NCBI RefSeq assembly: GCF_028368995.1
Contig: NZ_JAQNDL010000005.1
Location: 1-64,000 of the forward strand
Reading direction: 5' to 3'
Source: Nannocystis bainbridge
Lineage (GTDB): Bacteria > Myxococcota_A > Polyangia > Nannocystales > Nannocystaceae
DNA length: 64,000 nucleotides
A model generated the notes under the pieces. That model was not told where the DNA came from and did no database searches. It saw only the letters and a program-made list of their open reading frames with translations. The translations under genes were made by a program, and so were the position numbers. Shown in pieces: positions 1-8,894 of the stretch (the stretch's first letter is position 1; each line of letters starts with the position of its first letter).

Positions 1-21
1 AGTCGGCGACGGTCCCGCTAT

Positions 22-1185
22 ATGCTGACCGCGACGACCGCATCAATCACCCACGACGACCCATATCAGGCCGGTCGCGACCTCGCGGCCGAACTGAATG
101 ACGCGCTCGGCGCTTCGCCGGACGTCGTCCTCCTATTCGCGTCGCCCACCTACGATCCGCGCCGGCTCCTCACCGGCCTCTACCGTCGGCTGACCCCGCG
201 CGTGCAACTCGTCGGCTGTACCAGCTTCGCCGAGATCGGCCACGAAGGCGCCGTCAGCGGCACCGTCACCGCTCTGGGCGTGCGCACCCGCGATCTCGAG
301 GCCCACGCCCTCTACGCGACCCGGGCCAGCGGCGACAGCTTCGCGGTCGGCCGCGCGCTCGGCGAGCAGGCGCACGATCGGGACGCCGCCATGCTGCTGT
401 TGCTGGTCGACGGCGTCCGGCTCGACAGCGCGTCCGTATTGCGCGGCGCGCAATCGGTGCTCGGCCCCGAGTTCCCGATCGTCGGCGGCCTCGCGGCCGA
501 CGACGCCCGATTCGAGCGAACGCGCCAATTTTGCGGCCGCGACATCCTCGAGGGCGCCGCCGTCGGCCTCGCGTGCACGGGCTCGGTGCGGCTCGCGACC
601 GTCGCGCGCGGCGGCTGGGAGCCGATCGGCGCCACCCGTCGCTGCACCCGCGTCGAGCGCGACCGCCTCGTGCTCGAGCTCGACGGTCAGCCCGCGCTCA
701 ACCTCTATCGCGAGTACCTCGGCGCCCACGGTCGCGACCTCCGCACGGCCGGCATCGAGTTCCCGCTCGGGATCGTCGGCCTGCCCGATCGGCCGTGGGC
801 GGGCGACGACGCGATCCAGGTCGTGCGGGCCGTGTACGGCGTCGACGAGGCCCGCGGCGGGCTCCGCTGCACCCGCGACATCCCCGAGGGGGCCGAGATC
901 CGCATGTTGCGAGCGACCAAGGACGACCTCATCCGCAGCGCCTCCGAGGCCGCCGCCGACCTCGGGCGCGCGCTGCCCGGCGGGCAAATCGCCCTCGTGT
1001 TCGACTGCTTCTCGCGCAAGATGGTGCTCGGCGCCCGCTACAAAGAAGAGGTCGCCGCTGCGTTTGCGCGCCTGCCCCCCGACGTCGCCCGCGTCGGCTT
1101 CTACACCTACGGCGAGCTGGCGCCGGTGCGCGGGCAGACCGAGCACCACGACGCCACCTTCACCGCGGTCGTCATCGAGGGTTGA
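22..1185 (+). CDS. FIST N/C domain sensory protein (NosP-like)
   Basis: LVGCTSFAEI, IVGGLAAD, GWEPIG, LELDGQPA, FDCFSR and GFYTYGE are typical FIST motifs. Confidence 0.9.
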   Translation: MLTATTASITHDDPYQAGRDLAAELNDALGASPDVVLLFASPTYDPRRLLTGLYRRLTPRVQLVGCTSFAEIGHEGAVSGTVTALGVRTRDLEAHALYATRASGDSFAVGRALGEQAHDRDAAMLLLLVDGVRLDSASVLRGAQSVLGPEFPIVGGLAADDARFERTRQFCGRDILEGAAVGLACTGSVRLATVARGGWEPIGATRRCTRVERDRLVLELDGQPALNLYREYLGAHGRDLRTAGIEFPLGIVGLPDRPWAGDDAIQVVRAVYGVDEARGGLRCTRDIPEGAEIRMLRATKDDLIRSASEAAADLGRALPGGQIALVFDCFSRKMVLGARYKEEVAAAFARLPPDVARVGFYTYGELAPVRGQTEHHDATFTAVVIEG

Positions 1186-1190
1186 CCGCG

Positions 1191-2702
1191 ATGATCGACT
1201 GCGACTGCGTGTTCGAGCGCCCCGACCTGCCGGGGCTCCGCGACGACGAGGTGTTCGAGCACCTCGAGCGCTGCGGGACATGTCCCAAAGTACAGGCTGG
1301 CCCCGGACGGATCCTGCTCGCGCGCCTGCAGGACAGCGCCCGCAGCCTGCGCCGCGCCGCCAACCGGGCCCGCCAGGCCGAGCGCGAGCTCGCCGAGCTG
1401 CGGATCGACGTCGACCGCTCCGAGCAGCGGATCGCCAACCTCGAGCGGGTCCAGAAGGTCGGCACGCGCGAGGTCCTGCAGAAGAACGCCCTGCTGGCGA
1501 TGATCTCGAGCATCACGATCGCCGCCAACGAGGCCCAGACCGAGGCCGACGTGTACCGGATCTGCATGCACAAGGTCTGCTCGGCCTCGGGGTGGTCGCT
1601 CGCGCGCCTCACCCCCGCCGGTGGTGGCACCAGCCGCTGGCACGTCGCCGACCGCCTCGCCGCCGAGTTCACCGGCCTGCTCGGCGACGGCGAACCGACC
1701 GCGCTCGGCCTCGAGGCCCTGCGCGGCGGCAAGCCGGTGTGGGCGCCGGATCTGCGGGCCCGCCTCGACACGCCGTGGATCGAGCGCGCCGCCGCTCTCG
1801 GCCTGCGCGGCGGCGCGGCCCTGCCGGTGGTCGTCGGCGGCCACGCGATCGCCGTCGTCGAGTTCTTCGGCACCGCCGGCGAGGGCACCGCGACCGCGTT
1901 GATGCTGGCCATGGCGACCATCGGCGCCGAGATCGGCCGCGTGCTCGCGCGCCTGCGCGCCGACGAGGCCGTGGCCCACGCGCGCGACGCCGCCGAGGGC
2001 GCCAGCCGGGCCAAGAGCGCCTTCCTGGCCAGCATGAGCCACGAGCTGCGGACCCCGCTCAACGCCATCCTCGGCTACGCCGACCTCGTGCACGAGATCC
2101 TCGACGAGGAGGACGCGACCGACGTGCGCGGCGACATCGTCCGCATGCGACAGGCCGGCGAGCACCTGCTCGGCCTCATCAACAACATCCTCGACCTCTC
2201 CAAGGTCGAGGCCGGCCGCATGCCGGTGATCCCCGAGCGCTTCGACCTCGGGGCCCTCGTGCGCGACACCGCCGAGCTGCTCAAACCATTGATGGACCGC
2301 CGCAACAACGTCGCCCGCCTCGACCTCGCCGGCGACCTCGCCGACGTCGAGACCGACCCCACGCTGGTGCGCCAGATCCTCTTCAACCTGATCAGCAACG
2401 CCTCCAAGTTCACCGACGCCGGCACCATCAGCATCGCCGCCGCGCGCCAGACCGACCCTTCCGGCGAGCCATGGTTCCACCTCTCGGTCGCCGACACCGG
2501 CATCGGCATGACCGAGGCGCAGTGCGATCAACTGTTCGAGCCCTACCGCCAGGTCGACCCCCGCCTGGCCCGCCGCGCCGGCGGCACGGGCCTCGGCCTG
2601 TGCCTGTGCCGCGGCCTCTGCACCCTGCTCGGCGGCACGATCGCGGCGTACAGCGCCCCCGGACGCGGCTCCTGCTTCACCGTCCGCCTGCCGCTGCGCT
2701 GA
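1191..2702 (+). CDS. GAF-sensor histidine kinase with a Cys/His-rich N-terminus
   Basis: ATG at 1191, 5 bp after the FIST stop; H-box SHELRTPLNAI, N-box NLISNASKFT, DTGIGM, GGTGLGL; N-terminal CDC...HLERCGTC. Confidence 0.9.
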   Translation: MIDCDCVFERPDLPGLRDDEVFEHLERCGTCPKVQAGPGRILLARLQDSARSLRRAANRARQAERELAELRIDVDRSEQRIANLERVQKVGTREVLQKNALLAMISSITIAANEAQTEADVYRICMHKVCSASGWSLARLTPAGGGTSRWHVADRLAAEFTGLLGDGEPTALGLEALRGGKPVWAPDLRARLDTPWIERAAALGLRGGAALPVVVGGHAIAVVEFFGTAGEGTATALMLAMATIGAEIGRVLARLRADEAVAHARDAAEGASRAKSAFLASMSHELRTPLNAILGYADLVHEILDEEDATDVRGDIVRMRQAGEHLLGLINNILDLSKVEAGRMPVIPERFDLGALVRDTAELLKPLMDRRNNVARLDLAGDLADVETDPTLVRQILFNLISNASKFTDAGTISIAAARQTDPSGEPWFHLSVADTGIGMTEAQCDQLFEPYRQVDPRLARRAGGTGLGLCLCRGLCTLLGGTIAAYSAPGRGSCFTVRLPLR

Positions 2703-2963
2703 ATCACCGCGGTAGCGAATGCATGCACCCGCGGCTCGATGCATTCGCCGCGCTCACGGCTTCGGGTTTGCGAGCGGCGCCCGCAGATCGCAGCCGCCAC
2801 CCCGGATCACCAGCTCGCGGCCCTCGACCGTGACCGCGACGACGGGCGCGCCGCCGGGTCCGCGGGTGGGCTGGCGGCGACCTCCGCCGCGTCGCCCGCC
2901 GCCGGGACCGCCGGTGCCGCGGCCTCCGGCGCCCGCTCCTCCGCCGGCGGCCCGCCACCAACC

Positions 2964-3019
2964 GGTACGAAGAGACATGTTACAAAGGACATGTCGAATC
3001 GGACATGCTTCATGGGCCA
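2964..3019. repeat. Array of four 14-bp TGTCC-N4-GGACA-type units
   Basis: CATG junctions at 2976, 2990, 3004, 3018 (14-bp period). Confidence 0.85.
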
Positions 3020-3124
3020 TGCTCCCGGCGGCCGGAGCTGCGCGCCTCGACCGTCCGCCAGTGTGCCAGGAGATCGCGGCCGGTGGCGCTGGTGCGGCGT
3101 GGCCGGGGCGGCTACCCTGCCGGC

Positions 3125-3934
3125 GTGCGGATCGTGCAGATCGACCGCGAGCCGTTCCACGCGCTCGCGTACCTCGACGCCGCGCCGCGCGGCGGCTCGC
3201 AGACGCGCGAGCTGCCGCTGCTGCGCGCGCGCGTCGACGCGTTGCCGGCCCAGCTCGACGCCCTGCTCGTCACCTCCGACCTGCAGGGCCGGGCCGCCCT
3301 GGCCGAGGCCGGGGGCGCCCTGCGGCTGCTCGGCGAGGCGCTGGCCGAGGAGTACGCCACCCTCGCCGCGCTCGATCTCGTGCCCGACCCCGGCTTCACC
3401 GGCGTCGTGCTCGCGGGCGACCTCTACGCCGCCCCGGCCGCCGATCGCCTGGGCGCCACCGGCGACGTCCGCGACGTCTGGCGGGCCCTCGCCGCGCGCT
3501 TCCGCTGGGTCGCCGGTGTCGCCGGCAATCACGACCTGTTCGGCAAGCCGAGCGAGCAGGCCCGCTTCGTCCGCGAACCCGGCGTGCACCTGCTCGACGG
3601 CCGCCAGGTCGAGCTCGACGACCTCGGCGTCGCCGGCGTCGGCGGGATCTGCGGGCGCCCCGGCAAGCCCAATCGCCGCCCGCCCGACGAATTCGTGGCC
3701 GCGATCCGCCGCCTCCTGCCCGCGCGCCCGCACCTGCTCGTCCTGCACGAGGGCCCCGACGGCGGCCCGCACCGGTTCGGCAACCCCGACGTGCGCGCCG
3801 CCGTCGACGGCCGCGGCGCCCTCGTCGTCTGCGGCCACTCCCACTGGCACGACCCGCTGGTCGAGCTGCCGGGCGGCACCCAGGTCCTGAACGTCGACGC
3901 CCGCGCCGTCCTGCTCGAGCGCGCGGATGGCTGA
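3125..3934 (+). CDS. Calcineurin-like metallophosphoesterase
   Basis: SDLQG, AGDL, GNHD, LHEG, CGHSH motifs; GTG start at 3125 inferred, with TACCCT 6 nt upstream. Confidence 0.85.
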   Translation: MRIVQIDREPFHALAYLDAAPRGGSQTRELPLLRARVDALPAQLDALLVTSDLQGRAALAEAGGALRLLGEALAEEYATLAALDLVPDPGFTGVVLAGDLYAAPAADRLGATGDVRDVWRALAARFRWVAGVAGNHDLFGKPSEQARFVREPGVHLLDGRQVELDDLGVAGVGGICGRPGKPNRRPPDEFVAAIRRLLPARPHLLVLHEGPDGGPHRFGNPDVRAAVDGRGALVVCGHSHWHDPLVELPGGTQVLNVDARAVLLERADG

Positions 3935-3997
3935 TCGGGCATGCCCCGTCGGACATGCTCCATCGAGCATGTCTCATCGAACATGTCCCATCGGCCA
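3928..3997. repeat. Array of five 14-bp palindromic units
   Basis: CATG at 3940, 3954, 3968, 3982, 3996; units share an ATCG/GTCG core. Confidence 0.9.
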
Positions 3998-4014
3998 TGC
4001 TGAACGCACGCCGC

Positions 4015-4362
4015 TCACGGCGCGCGGAACTGCTGCGGCATCCCGTCCTCGACCGTGATCGTCACCACCACGTCGACCGGCCCCGGCGCGCCGACGTGGA
4101 GGATGAACGCCACCCCGCCGGAGTGCGGCGACACGTTCGACACCCACACGTCCGCGTCGCCGAGCGAGAAGATGTAGTCCTGCAGGCCCTGCCCGTCGGG
4201 GCCGACCACCGCGGCCGAGCCGTAGTCGGTCGCCTCGGCCGCCGACACGTGCACGATCGACAGCGGCGTGATCGGCGGGTGGATGCCCCACTTGAAGTCC
4301 AGGCGCGAGCGCCCGAGCAGGCCGTGCTCCTTGCCGTAGAAGACGCGGATCGAGTTCGCCAC
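4015..4362 (-). CDS. Hypothetical protein (about 115 aa, beta-rich)
   Basis: Good GC3 codon bias from GTG 4362 (VANSIRVFYGKEHG...); start inferred. Confidence 0.6.
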   Translation of the reverse strand: MANSIRVFYGKEHGLLGRSRLDFKWGIHPPITPLSIVHVSAAEATDYGSAAVVGPDGQGLQDYIFSLGDADVWVSNVSPHSGGVAFILHVGAPGPVDVVVTITVEDGMPQQFRAP

Positions 4363-4424
4363 CGCAAATTCATGGCACCGGCCGGGCGCCGCGCCGCCCG
4401 GTCCGCGTCGGCCTGCGCGCCGGA

Positions 4425-5183
4425 TCAACCGTCGCGTCCGCCAGCGTCCGTCGCGTCGCCGCCGTCACCGACGACTCGCGCCTGCGCGCTCGCGCCGGCC
4501 ACCAGCTCGGTCGTGATGCCGAGTCCGGCGAGCGCGCCCGCCAGATCGGCCGGCAGCGGTGCCTTCACGGCGACCCGCGCCCCCGTGTGCGGGTGCGGCA
4601 GCGCCAGCGACCACGCGTGCAGCGCCAGCCGGTGCAGGTCGTGGTGCTCGCGGAACCACCGGTTGTGTTCGCCCTTGCCGTAGCGGACATCGCCGATCAG
4701 CGGGCAGCTGATGTGCTTCAGGTGGCGGCGGATCTGGTGCAGGCGCCCCGTCAGCGGCCGCGCCTCCACCAGCGCGTAGCGACCGGCGCGCGCCAGCGTC
4801 GTCACCTCCGTGACCGCCGGCACGCGCGGCCCGTCCTCCGCGCGCGGGATCGGGTGATCGATCGTCACCGCCGCGGGCGGGTTGCCGCGGACCAGCGCCA
4901 GGTAGCGCTTCTCGACCTGGCCCGAGGTCCAGACCTCCTGCATCGCCCGCGCCGTCGCCGAGTCGAGGGCGAACGCCAGCGCCCCGCTGGCCCCGCGGTC
5001 GAGGCGGTGCACCGGGTACACGTACGCCCCGACGGCCTCGCGCGCCAGGTCGAGCAGCGCCACCTCGTCGTCGGCCCAGCCGCGGTGGACCACCAGCCCG
5101 GCCGGCTTGGCGACGATCAGCAGCCGGTCGTCGCGGTAGAGGATGAAATCCTGCTGCCCCGAAGGACATGTCTCATCCGACAT
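4425..5183 (-). CDS. truC: RluA-family pseudouridine synthase (TruC-like, tRNA psi65)
   Basis: KPAGLVVH, HRLDRGASG, TGRLHQIRRH, GDVRYGKGEHNR; start inferred. Confidence 0.8.
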   Translation of the reverse strand: MSDETCPSGQQDFILYRDDRLLIVAKPAGLVVHRGWADDEVALLDLAREAVGAYVYPVHRLDRGASGALAFALDSATARAMQEVWTSGQVEKRYLALVRGNPPAAVTIDHPIPRAEDGPRVPAVTEVTTLARAGRYALVEARPLTGRLHQIRRHLKHISCPLIGDVRYGKGEHNRWFREHHDLHRLALHAWSLALPHPHTGARVAVKAPLPADLAGALAGLGITTELVAGASAQARVVGDGGDATDAGGRDG

Positions 5184-5245
5184 GCTCATGCCCCTCCACG
5201 ACATGACCGATCGGACATGTCCTCCGTGACATGGCCCGAGAGCCC
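5155..5245. repeat. Array of about six 14-bp palindromic units overlapping the truC start
   Basis: CATG at 5167, 5181, 5202, 5216, 5230, with one phase slip. Confidence 0.8.
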
Positions 5246-5247
5246 TG

Positions 5248-8133
5248 TCACTGCGCCCCCCCGGCCTCGCGCAGCTTCGCCGCGGCCAGGCGCTCGCGCT
5301 CGAACGCGGCCCCGGCCGCCTGCAGGTCCGCCTGCGCCTGCCCGGCCAGCTCCGCCGCGTCCGCCTCGCCGCGGGCCGCGTGGATCTGGGCCAGCGCCAG
5401 GCGGGCCCGCCCGCGCGCCAGCGGGGCCGGCAGCAGCGGCAGCGCCCGCCGCAGCAGCGGCTCCGCCAACTCGGGCGAGCCGCGGGCCAGCAGCACCCGC
5501 CCGCGCAGGGCCAGCGCCGCGGCGTTCTGCACCGGCGTCGCGCCCGGGCGCGGGCGCGGCAGCGCGGCCTCGGCCGCCTCGGCCTCACCCGCGAGCAGCA
5601 GCGTCTCGGCCAGCTCGGCGCGCGCCAGGTCGGTGTCGGGGTGATCGGCGCCGCGGTCCTTCTCGCGCAGCGCCAGCGCCTGCCGCAGCTCGACCAGCGC
5701 CTCCTCGAAGCGGCCCTGCCACGCCAGCGCCGCGCCGATGCCCGCGCGCACGTCGGCGACCGCGCCCGGGTCGACGCGCTCGCCCCCCGCCAGCAGCGCC
5801 AGCGCCCGCTGCGACAGCTGGCCCGCGTCGACCCACTGAGCCTGGCGCGCCAGCGACTTCGCAAGGTTGTCGAGCGTCGGCGCCAGCTTGACGTGGCGCG
5901 GCCCGTACAGCGTCTCCTCGGTCGCCAGCGCCCGCCGCAGCAGCGTCGTCGCCTGCGCCAGGTCGCCGACCTCCGTCAGCACCATCGCCAGGTTGCTGCG
6001 GCCGATCGCCACCTCCGGGTGATCCTTGCCGAACCGCGCCTCGCGGATCGCCAGCGAGCGCTCGAGGTGCTCCGCCGCCGCCGCCAGGTCGCCGCGCAGG
6101 AACTCGACCCGGCTCATGTTGCCGAGCACCAGCGCGACCTTCGGGTTGTCGGCCACGTCCTCGGCCTCGTAGATCGCCAGGGCCCGGCGATAGTCGGCGG
6201 CAGCCTCGTCGTTGCGGCCCTCGGCGGCGCGGACCACCGCGCGATTGTTGTGGAACGCCGCCGCGATGCGCGGCCGGTCGGACAGCCGCAGCAGCAGGGC
6301 CGCGGCGCTGCGCTCCCACAGCGCCGCGCGGACGCGGTCGTTGCGGTGATAGCCGTCGACGATCAGCAGCGCGCTCGCGGCCTCCGCGGCGACCTCGAGC
6401 GCACCTGTCCCGAGGGCCATAAAGTAAGCGTCGCTCAGCGCCGCCGACGCGCGCTCGTAGTCCGCCAGCGAGCGCTGGAGGTTGCCGATCCGCAGCAGCG
6501 CCTCGGCCACCAGCGCCGGCTCGCCGAGCGCGCGCGCGGCCGCCAGCACCACCTCCGCGCGGGCCAGCGCCGGCTTGTAGCGGCCGACCTCGTTGGCCGT
6601 CTTGATCTCCGCCAGCCAGCGCCGGACCTCCTCGCCGCGCATCGTCCGGCGGACATCGGTCTCGCGCAGCCACGCCGGCAGGCCCTCGACCTCGACGCAG
6701 GCCGCCACCGGCTCGAGCTGGCCCTCCGCCTTGACCGCGTGGCGCGCCGCCGAATCTGGCTCTTCGGCCAGGGCCGTCAGCATCGCCGCCAGCTCGCGCG
6801 CCTGTCCGCTGAGACAGGTCATGCGCCCGACCAGCGCCGGCTGCTGCTCGGGCGCCGCCTCCTCGTAGGCCTCACAGGCGGCCCGGTAGAGCTCGCTCCA
6901 GCGGCCCGCGCGGGCCTCCATCGCCGCCGCCAGCGTGGTCCACGTCTCGTCGGCGTACGGCGCCGCGACGCCGGTGATCGCCGCCCGCAGCGGGCCCTGT
7001 CGCTCGGCCCACAGGCGCGCGACCCGATCGGCGTGGCCCTCGCACTCGCCGACCGTCTCGCGCCACAGCGAGAACCCCAGCCCGCCGGCGACCGCCAGCA
7101 GCAGCACCAGCGCCGCCACCATCAGCCGGCGCCGGCGCAGCCGCGGCGCCTCGGTGATCGCGTGCAGCAGCGCGTCCATCGACGCGTGGCGCTGGTTCGG
7201 CACCGCCGCCAAGCCGCGGGCCAGCGCCGCGCGCAAGAACATCGGCACCTTCGCCAGCCGCGGCGGCCGCCGCAGCTCGCCGGCCATGACCGCCTGGAAG
7301 CGGTGCGCCGGGTCGCCGTCGGGGAACGGCCGCACCCCGAACAGCGCCTCGTAGAACGCCACGCAGAAGCTGAACTGATCCGACCGCGTATCGCACGGCA
7401 GCCCGAGGTGCTGCTCCGGCGCCATGTAGGGCGGCGTCCCGGCGATCATCGAGGTCTGCGGCCCGGGCGCGCCCGCGTGCAAGATCCGCGCGACCAGCGA
7501 CGACGGCGGCCCCACCCCCGTCATGCGCGCCAGCCCGAAGTCGAGCACGCGCACCCGCCCCTGCACGTCGATCATCGCGTTCTCGGGCTTGAAGTCGCGG
7601 TGGACCATCTCGGCGCGGTGGGCCGCCGCCAGCCCGCGCCCGGCCTGCACGAACGCCGCCGTCACCTCTTTCCATGGGCGCGGCGCGTCGCGGCCGATCC
7701 ACTTGCGCAGCGTCTCGCCCTCGATGAACTCCATCGCCACGAAGACCTCGTCGGCGAGCACCCCGACCTCGTGGACCGCGACCACGTTCGGGTGGTCGAG
7801 CCGCGCCAGCGCCTGCGCCTCGCGCAGCAGCCGGGCCGCGCCGTCGCCCCCGTCGTCGGAGGCGCGCAGCAGCTTGATGGCGATCTTGCGCCCGAGCTGG
7901 CGGTCCTCCGCCTTGTAGACCACGCCCATGCCGCCGGCGCCGAGCCGCGCCTCGATGGCGAAGCGGCCGATGCGCGCCGGCATGGCTGCCTCTTTGGACA
8001 TGTCCTCACGAACATGTCTCTTGCGCCCGGAGCGCGGCGGCTGGGTCGACATGTCCTGCTGCGGGCCCAGGCGCAGGGTCGGGGCCGATGCGCCCGGGAC
8101 CCCGTCGGACCGCTCGTCGCGCGAGCCGCTCAC
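5248..8133 (-). CDS. Membrane Ser/Thr protein kinase with C-terminal TPR repeats
   Basis: LGAGGMGVVY, IAIK, HRDFKPEN, DFG, GTPPYMAPE; one TM helix; kinesin-light-chain-like TPRs (GKDHPEVA, GADHPDT). Confidence 0.92.
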   Translation of the reverse strand: MSGSRDERSDGVPGASAPTLRLGPQQDMSTQPPRSGRKRHVREDMSKEAAMPARIGRFAIEARLGAGGMGVVYKAEDRQLGRKIAIKLLRASDDGGDGAARLLREAQALARLDHPNVVAVHEVGVLADEVFVAMEFIEGETLRKWIGRDAPRPWKEVTAAFVQAGRGLAAAHRAEMVHRDFKPENAMIDVQGRVRVLDFGLARMTGVGPPSSLVARILHAGAPGPQTSMIAGTPPYMAPEQHLGLPCDTRSDQFSFCVAFYEALFGVRPFPDGDPAHRFQAVMAGELRRPPRLAKVPMFLRAALARGLAAVPNQRHASMDALLHAITEAPRLRRRRLMVAALVLLLAVAGGLGFSLWRETVGECEGHADRVARLWAERQGPLRAAITGVAAPYADETWTTLAAAMEARAGRWSELYRAACEAYEEAAPEQQPALVGRMTCLSGQARELAAMLTALAEEPDSAARHAVKAEGQLEPVAACVEVEGLPAWLRETDVRRTMRGEEVRRWLAEIKTANEVGRYKPALARAEVVLAAARALGEPALVAEALLRIGNLQRSLADYERASAALSDAYFMALGTGALEVAAEAASALLIVDGYHRNDRVRAALWERSAAALLLRLSDRPRIAAAFHNNRAVVRAAEGRNDEAAADYRRALAIYEAEDVADNPKVALVLGNMSRVEFLRGDLAAAAEHLERSLAIREARFGKDHPEVAIGRSNLAMVLTEVGDLAQATTLLRRALATEETLYGPRHVKLAPTLDNLAKSLARQAQWVDAGQLSQRALALLAGGERVDPGAVADVRAGIGAALAWQGRFEEALVELRQALALREKDRGADHPDTDLARAELAETLLLAGEAEAAEAALPRPRPGATPVQNAAALALRGRVLLARGSPELAEPLLRRALPLLPAPLARGRARLALAQIHAARGEADAAELAGQAQADLQAAGAAFERERLAAAKLREAGGAQ

Positions 8134-8172
8134 GGCCCGGCACTATAACCCGCGGCGCCGGGCGCCGGGCCG

Positions 8173-8490
8173 TCAATCGGCCTGCGGCTCGCCCTCGCCT
8201 GCACTCGCGGGCGCGGCCGCCGGCGGCGCGAAGCGTTGCCACACCCGCTGCCCCGGTCGCGTCTCCGAGCGAAACAGGATCCGGCCCATCCCGTCGTGCT
8301 GGTAGCGCACGCACAACCCGCTCGCGGGCGGCCGCTGGAACAGCGCCGTCGCCTCGCGGCGTGTCAGCGTCGAAAGGTCGTGCACCGCCGTCTCGCACGT
8401 CTCGCACCGGCGCACCTTGGCGTCGCCCGCGAACGCGTGCCAGTCCTCGTCGCAGGCGAAATTGAGGCGGAGGCTGCGGATCGGGGCCAT
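8173..8490 (-). CDS. Small protein with a C-x3-W...C-x2-C...DL motif
   Basis: ACDEDWHAFAGDAKVRRCETCETAVHDLS; tight operon spacing. Confidence 0.75.
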   Translation of the reverse strand: MAPIRSLRLNFACDEDWHAFAGDAKVRRCETCETAVHDLSTLTRREATALFQRPPASGLCVRYQHDGMGRILFRSETRPGQRVWQRFAPPAAAPASAGEGEPQAD

Positions 8491-8500
8491 CGCGCGCGCC

Positions 8501-8881
8501 TCAGCGGATCTCGACCTTCGCGCCGAGCGCCTCCAGCTCCATGCGCAGCGCGTGCACCTCGCGGTGGACCCCGCGCAGCACCACGCTCGGCGTCTGCTCG
8601 ATCATCACCATCACCTCGCCGAGCGTCAGCGTCGGCGTCACCTCGCGCAGCGTCTTCATCACCTGCACCCGCTGCGGCCCGGACCACAGCAGCACCACCT
8701 CGAACTCGGGGATGCCCATCTCGATCCCCTGGACGACGGGCGCGCCCATGGTCACGTACTCCTGCTCGACGTACGCCGGCTCCATCCCCCACCGGTCCTC
8801 GAGCTCGAGGATCAACTCCTGCAGCTCGCCCGGGCCGAGGCGACTCAGGAACGCGACCACATCCTCGCGTGTGACCGCCAC
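8501..8881 (-). CDS. Divergent ribosomal protein bL12 (L7/L12) paralogue
   Basis: 126 aa; N-terminal MAVTREDVV..ELQELILELEDRWG dimerisation-like region and C-terminal EFEVVL..RVQVMKTLRE..LEALGAKVEIR match the L7/L12 architecture. Confidence 0.8.
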   Translation of the reverse strand: MAVTREDVVAFLSRLGPGELQELILELEDRWGMEPAYVEQEYVTMGAPVVQGIEMGIPEFEVVLLWSGPQRVQVMKTLREVTPTLTLGEVMVMIEQTPSVVLRGVHREVHALRMELEALGAKVEIR

Positions 8882-8894
8882 CCTGCCCTCCGCG

